From Eledone cirrhosa (lineage: Eukaryota), in contig OZ024744.1 in assembly GCA_964016885.1 (NCBI GenBank), positions 35,464,001-35,528,000 on the forward strand: 64,000 nt of DNA, read 5' to 3'. The notes beneath the pieces are model-generated. The model was not told where the DNA came from. It searched no databases and saw nothing but the letters and a program-made list of their open reading frames with translations. Position 1 is the first letter of the stretch. Every line of letters begins with the position of its first letter. Positions 1 through 12,616 of this stretch are shown piece by piece. The position numbers and the translations under genes are program-made.

Positions 1-63
1 TAATGAGAAGCTCTGAGTAGTGACTCACATACTCTGCTTTCAATAAATGTTATATATATATAT

Positions 64-712
64 ATGAGTTTCTTGGTCCGTGCCCAAGTCTCAGACCCGT
101 ACAATAGCACAGACTCTACTGTAGCAACAAAGAGATGGATCTTCGGATCTTTACAAAGGTCCGACTTCCATGCCGATCTCAAACTGTGATATGCTGCCCA
201 GACTTTGCTCTTACCACATCATCCTCTGTGTTCCCAATCTTTGCTCCCAGATACAGGAAGTCCTCAAACAACTCTTACAGCTTCCTGCCTACATTCATAA
301 TATTCTCTGGCTTCTTAATATTCTCTACCAGATACTTTGTCTTAATCTCATTCAGATGGTGGATGGGTGTTACACGAGAATGCTGAGGATGGCCCTGAAC
401 ATTAATAAGTATACACTGAGGATGAAGAACTCAGAGCTGTACGGGAGCTTCCTAAAAGTCAGCTCAAAAGTATCACAGAGGAGACTGAGGTTAGTTGGAT
501 ATGCTCACCGACATTCAAAGTCGACACTGCACTCAGTGCTCCTGTGGGAGCATCTACACAGAGACACTAGAGGGAGACCGAGGTTGACATATATTGATAC
601 CCTAAGGTCAGACACTGGTCTCTGGGAGACGCAGGACATGACAGCAATGATGAAGGACAGAGACTGCTGGAGAGAATTCGTCCATGGATCTCTGGAATTT
701 TACCCACCCTAG
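64..712 (+). mobile_element. 5'-truncated RTE-type LINE with 5' inversion (64-~346 inverted, ~347-712 sense)
   Basis: + strand encodes ..LIQMVDGCYTRMLRMALN..RRLRLVGYAHRH..RGRPRLTYID (RTE-like C-terminus); minus strand of 64-350 encodes the directly preceding ..IHLFVATVESVLLYGSETWARTKKL. Confidence 0.85.
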
Positions 713-870
713 ATATACATATTGGACTTAACTAAGTGCAACCGCTCCATTACAATTAGCACTCTGAGTATGTTCAAACTATTTCTTGCTGAGTAATTCG
801 AGAGCAGCCAGACTATAGAAAATATTTTTCCTATCGTCACGGTAACTATAATAATATATATATAATTATT

Positions 871-1291
871 TACGAGGCTCAGATGAAAAGTTCATAGGCT
901 GACCCAAATACTCCCATTGAATGACCAAATGAGGTTTATTTATCAATATAGTCCCTGGAAAAAAATAAAGTAGTTATTAACCCTTTAGCATTCACATTGT
1001 TCTAAATATACTATTATATTTTCATAGTAAAAGCTTTACATCACATAATTATCTCACATAATATCGAATCTATGAGATTTTGAAAGTAATTATTTTAAGA
1101 ACAATACCTTAATATCAGTTTGAGCGACCAGTTACAGCCAGTTTCAACAGAAAGAGGTAGAGAATTCTGGCCGGTTTTGGCCGGTTTGAACACTAAAGGG
1201 TTAAGTTATTAATAAGAAGAGTTTATAATTATGCACGCAAGATTTCACAGCTCTAACATCATGTCTTATAGTCAGCCTATGAACTTTTCAG
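871..1291. mobile_element. Tc1/mariner-like MITE interrupted by a TTAA-ended MITE
   Basis: TA-CGAGG..TGAAAAGTTCATAGGCTGAC left TIR, GTCAGCCTATGAACTTTTCAG right TIR; uninterrupted relatives at 17671 and 37021. Confidence 0.75.
977..1204. mobile_element. MITE with TTAACCCTTTAGCATT termini
   Basis: TTAACCCTTTAG...CTAAAGGGTTAA inverted ends; at least 7 related copies in the window. Confidence 0.8.
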
Positions 1292-1367
1292 ATAGATAGA
1301 CTGATAGATAGATTGATAGATATGTGTACAAATGAAATAAAAGAACCCTGAATATGTTATGTAGAGA

Positions 1368-1648
1368 ATCATCACCATCATAATTTTACGTCTGCTTTTC
1401 CCTGCTTGCAAGGGTGGGATGGGTCCTATTCAGCACAGCATCTCTCCACTTGTCACAGTCCTTTGTCATCTCCTCCGTGAGCTTCAGCATTTTAGGTCAC
1501 CTCTCACCACCTCCACCCATGTTTTTTTGTGGTCTTTCTCTACTGCGTCTTCCTTCTACTGGGATTTCTTGGCACTTCTTTACCCAGCGGTCATCCTCCA
1601 TGCGCATCACATGTCCATACCATCGCAGTCTTCTCTCCTATACACTAT
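1368..1648 (-). mobile_element. RTE LINE 3' end fragment
   Basis: minus strand reads RRLRWYGHVMRMEDDRWVKKC..GRRSRERPQKTW, then CTTGCAAGCAGGGAAAAGCAGACGTAAAAT(GAT)n-like tail. Confidence 0.8.
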
Positions 1649-2072
1649 AGTATATATTTGTAAATAGGTAATTACCTCATATATATATTTATGACCATCA
1701 CTCACAATCAAGTATGACTTGGTAGTAGTATGTACTGTTTGACGTAGGTATTTCAGTGCCCATGCAATCACCAAGCAGACACAAATTTAACCTCTTGACC
1801 CACCCCCACTTGATCCAGTAGATCATCCAGAACCTAATAGCTAGAAGGAGAAAGGGTATATCATTGCTGGGCTGGTGCATTCTCTATTCTCCTTGAAGGG
1901 ATAAATGTTATAGTGGACCTCGGCAGGATTTGAACTCAGAAAACAGAGAGCTGAAACAAATATCCATTGTTTCTTAGTCACAATATAATTGATGTACACA
2001 ACAAAAGCCAACAACAACAAAAGCAACATTAGCAACAACAACCATGACACGTGCAATGATGATGATAATAAT

Positions 2073-2548
2073 AGCCTTTGTAGGTCACTTATCGACTCAT
2101 AATCTACTAAGAACCCTCCAGATTATGGCTCAGAGGACTCTGTCGAAAGCTTTCTCCTGATCAACAAATCTCAAGTAGAGGGGCTTTCCTTTAGCTCGGT
2201 ACTTGTCCTGTAGTTGAGGAAGAGGGTATCAGTGATACTTTTACCAGCACAAATCTAAACTGTATCTCATCTAGGTTAACACCATCCTTAATCAGCTGTG
2301 CTATAACTCTTTCTGTAACCATCATGACCTGGTCCATCAACTTGATGCCTCTATAGTTTTCTCTATTTACTGCATCTTGACAATGTTGCTGCTACACCAA
2401 TTATTTATATTACTTGGTTTATAATACGGGTGGTTAAGGAATGACCTACCATCTCATGACAAAGATTGTGAAAAGTGGATAAATGCTATGTTGGAAAAGG
2501 ACAGATCCAAACCTTGCAAGCATGGGAAAGCAGACGTAAAATGATTAT
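2073..2548 (-). mobile_element. Degenerate RTE RT fragment (minus) joined to an RTE 3' end (plus, ~2453-2548)
   Basis: minus strand NYRGIKLMDQVMMVTERVIAQLI..KGKPLYLRFVDQEKAFDRV with stops; homologous to the ORF at 56483-58006. Confidence 0.75.
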
Positions 2549-2681
2549 AATCATGATATATATGTATAAACATATTAAACTTTAGCCAAAATCCCGATTT
2601 TGGGGGAATATAAGCTAGGCCAACTAAAATAAGTTGGTTTTACTCATCCTGTCATTGAGATGTCTAAGCATTAGAGAGAGA

Positions 2682-3076
2682 TCATCATCATCATCATTTC
2701 ATTTTATGTCCACTTTTCCCTGCTTGCAAGGGTGGGACGGGAACTGATTCTGGCTTGATTTCTACAGCTGGATGCCCTTCCTAACACCAACCTCATTTAC
2801 AGTGAGTGCTGAGTGCTTTTTTTCTGTGGCACCTCCATGACCACTTTGCAGTGAGTGCTGGGTGCTTTTTTGCCATGACACCTCCACGACCACTTTGCAG
2901 TGGAATGATAGGGACTCCAGTCCCTATCATCTCATTTCTACAGCTGAGTAAACTGGAGCAATGTGAAATAAAGTGTCTTGCTCAAGGAAACAACATATCA
3001 CCCAGTGTGAGAATTGAACTCACAACCTTTCGATTGCAAGACCAATGCTCTAACCACTAAGCCATGTACCTCCATG
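2682..3076 (-). mobile_element. tRNA-derived SINE family B (tRNA head, GAGCAAGACACTT core, GGAAGGGCATCCAGCTGTAGAAA domain, RTE-like tail)
   Basis: near-identical to 47333-47683 and 50135-50478; (GAT)n tail. Confidence 0.8.
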
Positions 3077-3319
3077 TATATATCCAGAGATAACTTTTTA
3101 AATTGATATATATATATCTCAATGACAGGATGATAATGTTTAGCTTTTCGATCCATTGAGTACTTTGATTTATACCTAATATTATATATAAATATATTAT
3201 ATATATTATATTTATTATATATATATTATATATATATTATATATATGATGATGATATATATAATACAAAAGACCCGACTTCTCACGGGTACAAGCCAAAG
3301 CTGAAACATATACACAATA

Positions 3320-3575
3320 TGACCCTCCCACTGTAAAGTGGTTATGGCAAAAAGCACCCAGTCCACTCTAAAGACGCCATGATAAAAATCACCCAGTATT
3401 CACTGTAAATAAGGTTGGTGTTAGGAAAGGCATCCAGCTGTAAAAATCAAGCCAGAATCAGTTCTGTATGAGCAAGATATTGTCACCTGACCTGGCATTG
3501 GCCACAACAGGACAATTCATCTAACCCATGCTAGTGTGGAAAAATGGATGCAAAACGGTGATGATGACGATGATA
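3320..3575 (+). mobile_element. SINE B / RTE 3' UTR-like fragment
   Basis: GGTTGGTGTTAGGAAAGGCATCCAGCTGTAAAAA motif and (GAT)n tail. Confidence 0.6.
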
Positions 3576-3989
3576 AATATATATATATATCTTTATCTTA
3601 TCCCTATGCATTTTATGAAGCAACTAAAAAGGTTGGTGTCAATATCTGAAAATATCCTAACCAAATCACTATTGGAAAAGTGAATTTAAAGATGATGATG
3701 ATGAGGGGGATAAATTAAAATAAAACACAGTAATGAGAGCAATAATAGACATGAGAAGATTCTCATTGTTATTAGATTGGTGTGTTGCATTATATATTAT
3801 TGGCAGTTTGCCAGGTGGAGTGGCAGGGGCAGGGTTTCCAGGGTATAAAAAAAAGGGAGAAAACAATAGATAAAATTAAAGTGTGTCTCTATTGGTTTTT
3901 AAACTACCTTTACTAATTCTCTTTGGAAAAGTTGGGATGTTATTTTACTACGTAAAACTGTAATCAGACATTTGCTCACCTGACTCACC

Positions 3990-4188
3990 TGTGTGCATGT
4001 GTGCATGCGTGTGTGTATGTGTGTGCATCCATGTTTGTATGTGCATGTGTGTATGCGTGTGTGTATGCATGTGTGTGTGTATGTGTATATGGGTGTGCGT
4101 GTGTAAGTGTGTGTGCATATATGTGTATATGTGTGTGTATGTGTATGTATGTGTATGTATGTGCGTGTGTGTATATATATGTGTGTGT
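3990..4188. repeat. degenerate (TG)n/(TATG)n microsatellite
   Basis: direct inspection. Confidence 0.9.
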
Positions 4189-4577
4189 ACTAAGGGGTTA
4201 ACTAGCAAGGCCGTGTACACTTTATTTTTTATTTTTTGTTAAATGTTTTTCTTTTTAATTTGGCTTTTTGATTTTAGTTACATTTGCTGTGGTTGTTGTT
4301 GTTGTTATCATCATATGGATTACCGTTTTTCTAATTGTTGTTGCTATCACTACCTGGTTTGTTGTTGTTGTTATCGTCACATGGGTCATAGTTATTATTA
4401 TTATTATTATCATCATCATCAACATTATCATGCGTCGTTGTTGTTGTTGTAGTTGTGTTTGTAATTGGCTTTTGTTGTGTCTATACCTGATTGGTTGCAT
4501 CTCTGTACACACAACTTGTTAGTTGCCTTGGTAACATTTCTTCACCTTGTTTAATTTCCTCTACTGTCCTTCTTCTC

Positions 4578-5668
4578 CGCCACCACCCACCACCACCACT
4601 ACCACCACCAACCCCCCACCGCCACCACCCATCACCCACTACCACCACCTCCACTGCCTCTACCACCACCATAACCACCACCATAACCACTACCACCACT
4701 ACCACCACCACCACCGCCTCTACTACAACCACCACCACCACCGCCTCTACTACAACCACCACCACTACTACCTCCACCACTACTACCACCACCCACTACC
4801 ACCACCACCCACTACCACCATCTCCACCACCTCTACCACCACCACCACCACCTCCACCGCCACTGTCATCACATACATATACACATATACATGCATGCAA
4901 ACACACACATATACACACACACACACACACACTGTACACTCTCTTCTCACCTGCAGTGATTAATCAATTTCTCCATGCCACTCCCTCCTCCTCATTACCT
5001 CATTACGCCCCACCACTTCTTCGACAATTAATTATCTCTGCAGTTTCTCTGATTAATGAGAAAGAAGAGGATATTAACGAAACAACTATTCTTGGTTCCC
5101 ATTATGACCACCACCACCACCACTATCCCCACCACCACCACCACTACCATCACCACTACCACCCACCACCACCACCACCATCACTACCACCACCATCACC
5201 AGCACCACTACCCCCACTATCACCACCACCAGAACCACAACCACCACCATTACCACCACCACCATCACCTTACCCTTACCACCATTTCCACCACCAATAC
5301 TGCCATCTTCACTATCACCATGACCATCGCCACCACCTCCATAACCACTACCACCACAACCACCACCACTACTACCATTACCACCACTACCACCACAACA
5401 CCCATCATTACCACCACCACTACTACCATTACCACCACCACTACCATTGTTACCACCACCACTACCATCATTACCACCACCACGACCACCACCACCATTA
5501 CCACCACCACCACCACCACCATTACCACCACCAATACAATACCTTACTACCACCACCACCAACACCAGCTCCACCATTACTGTTGGTACCATTGCTACCA
5601 ACAATAGCACCACCACCACCCTCACACCCACACCCACTACCATTACCACCACCATTACCATCCCTACC
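4578..5668. repeat. (CCA)n/(CTA)n triplet microsatellite fields (4578-4862, 5107-5668) with (CA)n and a unique island between
   Basis: direct inspection; explains the Pro/His/Thr ORFs. Confidence 0.9.
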
Positions 5669-5972
5669 GTCATCTTATTTCTTTATTCTTTTAGTGGTTG
5701 TCCATCATTAGACTGTGGCTATACTGGGTCACCACTTTGAAAGGATTTTGTTGAATGAGTTTGTCCTTCACCTTTAATTAATACGTATTTTGTTGGTCTC
5801 TGTTTTGTTGAAACGGTAGGTCACTGGACATTGACAAAGACAAATGTAAACAGACATATATACACACACACATACAAATACCCACATATACACACACACA
5901 CACATACAAATACACACATACACACACACATACAAATACACACATATACACACACACATACAAATATATATA

Positions 5973-6480
5973 TAGAAGACCCGCCTTACCTAAATACAAA
6001 GTAAAACCTACTACAGTCAGTAGGCACCTCTAACAAAATACACCCCCCCCCCATCCACACCACCCATTTCAATGTAAAGTTATGTTGTTACCACAACATC
6101 CAGGCCGAAACAAATGAGGTCGTGTAGGTTCACAACAAAAAAAAACACAGTCCACGCTGTAATGTGGCCGTGTAGGCAACACGGTAAAAACCTCCCAGTT
6201 CCACACTGTAAATGTGGTTGGTATTAGGAAGGGCATCCAGTCGTAGAAAACCCGCCAAACAGTCCACGCTGTAATGTGGTCGTGTAGGTAACACGGTAAA
6301 AACCTCCCAGTTCCACACTGTAAATGTGGTTGGTGTTAGGAAGGGCATCCAGCTGTAGAAAACCCGCCAGACAGTCCTATGCGAGCAAGACAACCACTCT
6401 TGCCTCAAGTGGGAAAACTCCCGTCCAAACCCATGCAAGCGTGGAATATGGACGTTAAACGATGATGATGATGATGATGA
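5973..6480 (+). mobile_element. 3' end of the same RTE family as 56085-58006 (last codons KTRLT* plus 3' UTR, internal ~120 bp tandem duplication)
   Basis: AGAAGACCCGCCTTACCTAAATA..GTAAAACCTACT matches the reverse complement of 56465-56502; (GAT)n tail. Confidence 0.85.
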
Positions 6481-6919
6481 CACACACACATACAAATACA
6501 CTCATATACAAACGTACATACACACATAACATATAAACACACATAAACACACACATACAAACATACACACATACACACTCACATACACACACACACATAC
6601 ACACACATACACACACATACACACACCCACTCACACACACTCATATATATGAGTGTGTGTGTGGAAATACATGACAGACTTCTATTTCTAACCATTTTTT
6701 TTCCTGACTACTCACTAAATTTCTTTCTTTTGTTTTTGTTTGTTTTATCTTTCCCATCATGCAACCTTCTTTCAGTTTCTTTCTTTTTCTTTTTTATATA
6801 TATATATATATTTTATTAATACCCCCAGCAGGGCCTCAGTCTAACAACTGAAAACCATTAGAAAAAACAGAATGAAGTAATGAATTCAAACAATAAAAAG
6901 AAAAGCGTGTCCAAACTCT

Positions 6920-7054
6920 TGGGGATTTGCAATAAATATGCAGACCACCATGTCACCCCAGCAAACCCTACTTCCCTAAAACTGAGCTGGGGATTTGCAA
7001 TAAATATGCAGACCATCATCCCACCCCACCAAACCCCACTTTCCTAAAACTGAG
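6920..7054 (+). repeat. two tandem ~68 bp copies
   Basis: TGGGGATTTGCAATAAATATGCAGACCA..CTAAAACTGAG occurs twice. Confidence 0.8.
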
Positions 7055-7824
7055 GTTGACAGCCACAGTGATACAACATTTCAGTGAAGAAAGCTGAAAT
7101 AACATTTCATTTATGAGAGGTTATTATTTATTAAATATACTTTATTGATTGAAACAAGTTCTTGGTAATCTGAATTTGCTGTTCAGTTCAGTTTGCCCAC
7201 CAGATGATGAGGATATTTCATATCACTTACATTTCTGAAAGCATCAGGAATAATTGTTGTTGTTGTCATATGGTACCATCATTAGAGCATTTGTTGTCAT
7301 ATGGCAGCATCATTACAGTATTTACTACCAGAAAAACCACCCTTCGGGTGGTTTTCTGCTAGCATGTGTAGTGTGAATATTGATATTATACACAAATATA
7401 TATACATATGATACATCAAATGAAATCATAAATGACAATATCCACAGATTTTGAATGAAGTCTGAGTTACACTCTCTTATGTAATCAGTATAGTAATCAA
7501 TGATACATTAAAAAAAGACGATTTATATATAAACTGCATTATGAAAAAAATTAGTGATGGAAATATATTAGTTATCGCTAACCGGAAGTGTTGACGTTTG
7601 AAAATTTTAAAGAAGTGAATCTTAAAATAAGCAACAAAATTATCTATATTTAATCAAGACTTACGAAATTTAGTAGATAAAGTACCAGTAATACACTGGA
7701 ATAATTGCTGGCCTTGTGCCAAAAGTAGAAACAATTATTTATTCAAAGTAATCCAACTTATTTTACAAACGGGATAAAAAAATATATTCTGGGCGAAGTC
7801 CCGCACTCTTTACTTTATTATAGT

Positions 7825-8388
7825 TAAGATTCTGGCTATGGCTATTTACTATCTGAGTTCAAATCCCACTACGATCAACTTTGCCTTTCTTCCTCCAAGG
7901 TCTATAAAATATAGTACCAGTCAAGTATTTAGGCTATAGAATCAATATAATTGATTCACCACCACCCCCAATTGCTGTCCATGTTTTTAAATTAGAAACC
8001 ATTATTAAGGAGGGCAGTGGATTGGCAGATTTGTTAGACTTTCAGACAAAATACTTTGTAGCATTTGTACTTGTACTTTATATTCTGAGTTTGTATCCTG
8101 CCAAAGTCATCTGTTCTTTTCATTTTTTCAAGAGAAGGGTAACAACAATAAAGTACACAAAAAGAGAAAATGCTGATCTTTTGCTTAAATTAGGAAACAT
8201 TATTATTTTGGTGGATTGGCAGAGGGTCGGACACCATGCTTTGACGTATAGAGTTACGGCCCTTGCCATTCTCAGTTCAAATCCCGACGAGGTTAACTTT
8301 GCCTTTCATCCTTACGGAGTCGATAAAATAAAGTACCAGTCATGCACTGAGTAATCGCTGGCCTTGTGCCAAAAGTAGAAACAATTGT
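7825..8388 (+). mobile_element. cluster of tRNA-derived SINE family A copies
   Basis: GGATTGGCAG..CTGAGTTCAAATCCCGCCGAGGTTAACTTTGCCTTTCATCCTTACGGGGTCGATAAAATAAAGTACCAG consensus; resembles Deu/Nin-type SINE core. Confidence 0.8.
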
Positions 8389-8556
8389 TATTTTATGTCT
8401 GCTATCTATATTATCCTGTATTGTATGTATCGTCATGATCCAAGTGTGTTTTTATTTGACATTACTGCCTTCTTAGTAAAGTGGTTAGTTTTAGGAAGGG
8501 TATATGCATTTTACTATGGCATCAGAACTGAAAAGTTTATTATGTACTTTGTATGA

Positions 8557-8765
8557 TTAACCCTTTAGCATTTGCATTAATTTATATTTACTTCTGTATT
8601 TTTGCTGTAAAGGCTTTACCTCACATAATATTGAATCTATGAGATTTTGATATAATTCATTTAAAAACAAATACCTTAACATCAGTATGAGTTATGGCCA
8701 CTTTAAACAGAAAAAGGTGAGAGAATTCTGGCTGGATACAGCCAGTTTGAATGCTAAAGGGTTAA
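8557..8765. mobile_element. TTAA-ended MITE
   Basis: TTAACCCTTTAGCATT...AATGCTAAAGGGTTAA. Confidence 0.8.
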
Positions 8766-9952
8766 ATAATCCTATTGATCCTATGATGTTTCCATTTGTT
8801 CATAAATGACTTAATAGAGTACACTAGGTTCATTTTATCATGACACCACAATGCTAGTAATGTAGCTTATCTCCTGAAAGACTAAAGAGTATTCACTAGA
8901 CTAAGAACAGCATGCATAAATAAAACTTGCATTCTCAGTTTCTTATTTTCTGTGATGATCCCTACCTTTTTACCTTTTTCCTATATGAAGGACTATATAT
9001 TTCCTTATTGTATCTTTCTTTATTGAAGATGATAGTGTACGATTTGATGATGATTTAGCTGCTATTTCATGCAGGCCAAGCCCTTACAGAAGCCTCCTTA
9101 TCAATTGTTATCAATCTTGTGTTGATAGGTGAAAGTTTAAGTGGATGAAGAGATACTTGAGCAGTAGTGAAGTTGTTTCCTCTGATTAGAATTAATACTT
9201 TTAAGAGATTAGATTAAGTAATATTGCTTGTTAGCTTTAAGGATTTTTATCAAGGATTGTTATTGTTGGTCTAGAAAAAATAGATTAGTAAATACACAAA
9301 CCGGCAAAATACATTAATTGTTATGTAGCTGTTATGTTATGAAAGTGTGTGATTTTGTGGTTAGGATGCTGGGCTTATGATCATAAGGTCATAAGTTTGA
9401 TTCCTCGACTGCGTGGCACATTGTGTCTTTGAGCAAGACAATTTATTTCACTTTGCTCCAGCCCACTCACCTAGAAAAAACAAATCAGTTGTTACAACTC
9501 CCAGTACAGACCTGTGTTGGCCTTTTCCTTTCTCTTAGATAACATTGGTGTCATGGAGAGGGAAAATTTGTGGGCATGGGCAACTGCTGATCATCCACAA
9601 AACATCTTGCCTAGACTTGTGAGTTGGAGAGGCAAACCCATGGTCACTCATTCATGGATGCATAACTCATAACCAGTCATCAACAAAGGAGGCCTTTTCC
9701 TTCTTATTTTTTTGTCCCCTTCTTTTTTTGTTTTATCTCCTCTCCTTTCATCACACGTTCACTCTTGAAATCCCAGAATCACATGCCACTGGAATTCATT
9801 TCTTGCACATATCTTTCATGCAAGAATCAACTTACAACAATTTCAAGGACATGGACACAGCCCCTTCTTTCAGATATAGCAAAAAAAAACGGAAATTAGT
9901 AATCAAAATGTATATCAAAGCGGATGTAAAATGATGATGATGATGATGATAT

Positions 9953-10100
9953 GGCGGTGAATTGGCAAAGTTGCTAAGACATTGGATAGAATGCTTTATG
10001 GTATTCATCCCACCTCTGAGTTCAAATCCCACCGAGGTCAACTTTGCCTTTCATCCTTTCAAGGTCGATATAAAATGTACCAGCCTAGTACTGGGGTCGA
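9953..10100 (+). mobile_element. SINE family A
   Basis: GGCGGTGAATTGGCA..CTGAGTTCAAATCCC..CTTTGCCTTTCATCC..GTACCAG. Confidence 0.75.
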
Positions 10101-10220
10101 TTCTTCCTCTATAGAAAAAATTGTGTGTGTTCAGACCTGGAGAGGGTTGGCTCTGTCAGGTTTAAAGGTTCCCTAGACACACTGTATGATGGTGCCTCTC
10201 CAAGGCCACAATGAGTTATG

Positions 10221-10264
<44 letters not shown>

Positions 10265-10366
10265 AGAGAGAGAGAGAGAGTCAGCGGTGCTGAGACTGAG
10301 GAGACCACTAATCATGTGAGTACTTGATACATGGGGAGATGCAGAGTAGGTATAGAGATATATAAA

Positions 10367-10418
10367 ATCCTGACCGCAGTGCCAAGCGGTTTCGGCTTGT
10401 GGGTTCAGCAAGCCTTTT

Positions 10419-10421
<3 letters not shown>
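10367..10421 (-). ncRNA. 5'-truncated hammerhead ribozyme motif in a PLE remnant
   Basis: minus strand: TGAAAA GGCTTG-loop-CAAGCC GAAA CCGC-loop-GCGG TC AGGAT; stems II/III intact, GUC triplet, CUGANGA damaged, 5' strand of stem I lost into (TA)n. Confidence 0.55.
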
Positions 10422-10469
<48 letters not shown>

Positions 10470-10471
<2 letters not shown>

Positions 10472-10615
10472 ATTAAGGCTAAATAGTGAGTTTTGTTATT
10501 CTGGAGTTTCACCTGTTTACCACAGGGTCAACAGACAAGAACTAATTTAGCCTTAATAAAATGAATATTTAAACTCTACTTTGAATACTCTTTTGTCTCA
10601 GCCGTCAACCACATA
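10470..10615 (+). mobile_element. mini PLE-like hairpin insertion in (TA)n
   Basis: TTATTAAGGCTAAAT / ATTTAGCCTTAATAA inverted arms, then a tail with ACTC..GAAT. Confidence 0.55.
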
Positions 10616-10742
10616 CTGCTGTATGTGTGTGTGTATAAATGGCTGACTAAATACACACATGTTTTTTCTCAAAATGTTTTTTTTCCATTCCTTCTTCTTC
10701 TCACTCTCTATCTTTCTATTTCATCTTTTATTTCTCATTCTA

Positions 10743-10778
10743 TCTTCTGATAAAGGACAAGTGTCCGAAACGTTAAGA
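10743..10778 (+). ncRNA. minimal type-I hammerhead ribozyme motif (one core change)
   Basis: TCTT CTGATAA A GGAC-AAGT-GTCC GAAA CG TT AAGA; palindromic ACGT stem III; sister copy at 39052. Confidence 0.65.
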
Positions 10779-11147
10779 CTCTTTTCCTACTATATCAAGT
10801 GTTAAACTAATATATTTCTTTATTGTACTGTTTTGTTTACTTTGCTGTTTCTGTTTACCTTTTACATACATATATACAAGTATAAGCAGAAGAGATATTC
10901 AATGTGTTGGTAATTCAACAAATATAAATGTTTATAACTGATTCAGAGCACTCAACAGATTTTCTGGTGTATAATATACAATGATATTAAATAAATGGAA
11001 ACTATATTTATAAAATCATATTTATTCTATTATATATATTTCAAGGGTACCAAAACTTTGGTACGCTTTTATCAGATAAAATATAAAGTGTGTTTTATAA
11101 ATTTTGACATAACCAAGGAGAATATACCTTAACGGTTCAGAGACAAA

Positions 11148-11399
11148 ATGTTTAACTATGTTGGTGCCACTTCAACAAAATTTAAAGAATGCTGGAATAA
11201 CCATAATCATACATTTAGGAGATCTGATAAAAAATCTTCTACTGCACTTTCATATCTAATTTGGAACTTAAAAGACAACAATATAGACTATTCAATATCT
11301 TGGAGAACGATTTCGAAAGCACCTGCATACCGAAATACGGCTTTATCAAGATTCTGTAAATTGTGTATCGAAGAAATTTTTTATATAATTAACTGTTAA
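11148..11399 (+). pseudogene. PLE GIY-YIG endonuclease fragment
   Basis: YVG (YIG motif), LS..IW.LKD and C.LC..E motifs shared with the ORF at 48177. Confidence 0.8.
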
Positions 11400-12554
11400 A
11401 ACTCTATTAATCTCAGAACAGAATTATTTTCTTCTTGCAAACATCGCCAAAATTCCACGCTCAGAACTATTTTTAATTTATAATATTCCTATACACCTTC
11501 AAAATGATCCTACCTTTTTAAAAATTTAAATGTAAATTTTTAAATATTTTTAATATTTTTAATATATTTTAAATATTTTTAATATTTCTAAAATTTTTTA
11601 ATATCTCTAATATTTATAATATTTTTAATATATATATTTAATATTTTAATTTCTGACATTATTTTAATTCTGACATTATTTTTAATTCCGACATTATTTT
11701 TCTAAGGACACCCTTCTAAATATATTTTTAGATGTAGATTGATAATCTTTAAATGACATTCTGAAAATTTATTCTCTTTACGAAAAACACATTACATTTT
11801 TCTTCTCTCTTTTTGTTATTCAAACATTCACACATCTTTCGACTAAAATAATGGATCTCCCACAAAATAATATATAATTTTCTCTATATATTTTGGAGTA
11901 AATCATTCATCTAATTTAATGGTTAACAAACAAAATTGGAGTTATCTTTCCTTTCTCAATCGTGCAAACATAAACATATTATGTTTGATAATCTGTATAA
12001 CTTCGCTAAATTAACAATGTTGAACAAAATTTTTGAATCCACAAATTGTTCTACTCTCACAACTTGAACCACCTATTTTTAAGTAAAATACAAAATCAAC
12101 GTCCTTCGTAACTCATATTTGATATATAAACAACTAATACATATGCAATTTATTAATTTATATATAGATATTTATATACATATAACCTATCATAATGTAA
12201 TAAGATAAATACTTACAACCATAATTCTTCATATAATCTAATTGATTATATATACAATATTATAACTTGTAATATAGGTAAATAACCCCCCCCCCCAAAT
12301 TAGCGTAAATGCTAGCTCTTCTTCCTTTCTCTTCTTTCCTACGCACACAATAACTTATCATAATTATTTAAATTTTCCATAGCGTCTAAAATAACGTTTT
12401 TTTCAGCCCTTTTACCTAAACCTCATTTGCATACTCATCTTAATAATTTGAAATATCTGACTTTTCTTCTCTTATCCCTTCACTATCCAAAGATAACTTG
12501 AACCGTTAAGGTATATTCTCCTTGGTTATATCAAAATTTATAAAACACACTTCG

Positions 12555-12616
12555 TATTTTATCTGATGATAGCGTACCAAAATTTTGGTACCCTTGAGAT
12601 ATATATAATAGATTAA
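12555..12616 (+). ncRNA. hammerhead ribozyme motif in PLE arm (mirror copy 11023-11083, minus)
   Basis: TATTTTAT CTGATGA ..GTACCAA-AATT-TTGGTAC.. GAGA TATATA TA ATAGA; mirror copy has GAAA but CTGATAA, so the two-copy consensus has an intact core. Confidence 0.65.

Noticed and set aside
4243-5740. 406-aa Pro/His/Thr-rich ORF and overlapping Gly/Val ORFs
   Set aside because: (CCA)n microsatellite artefacts; residue type switches with slippage
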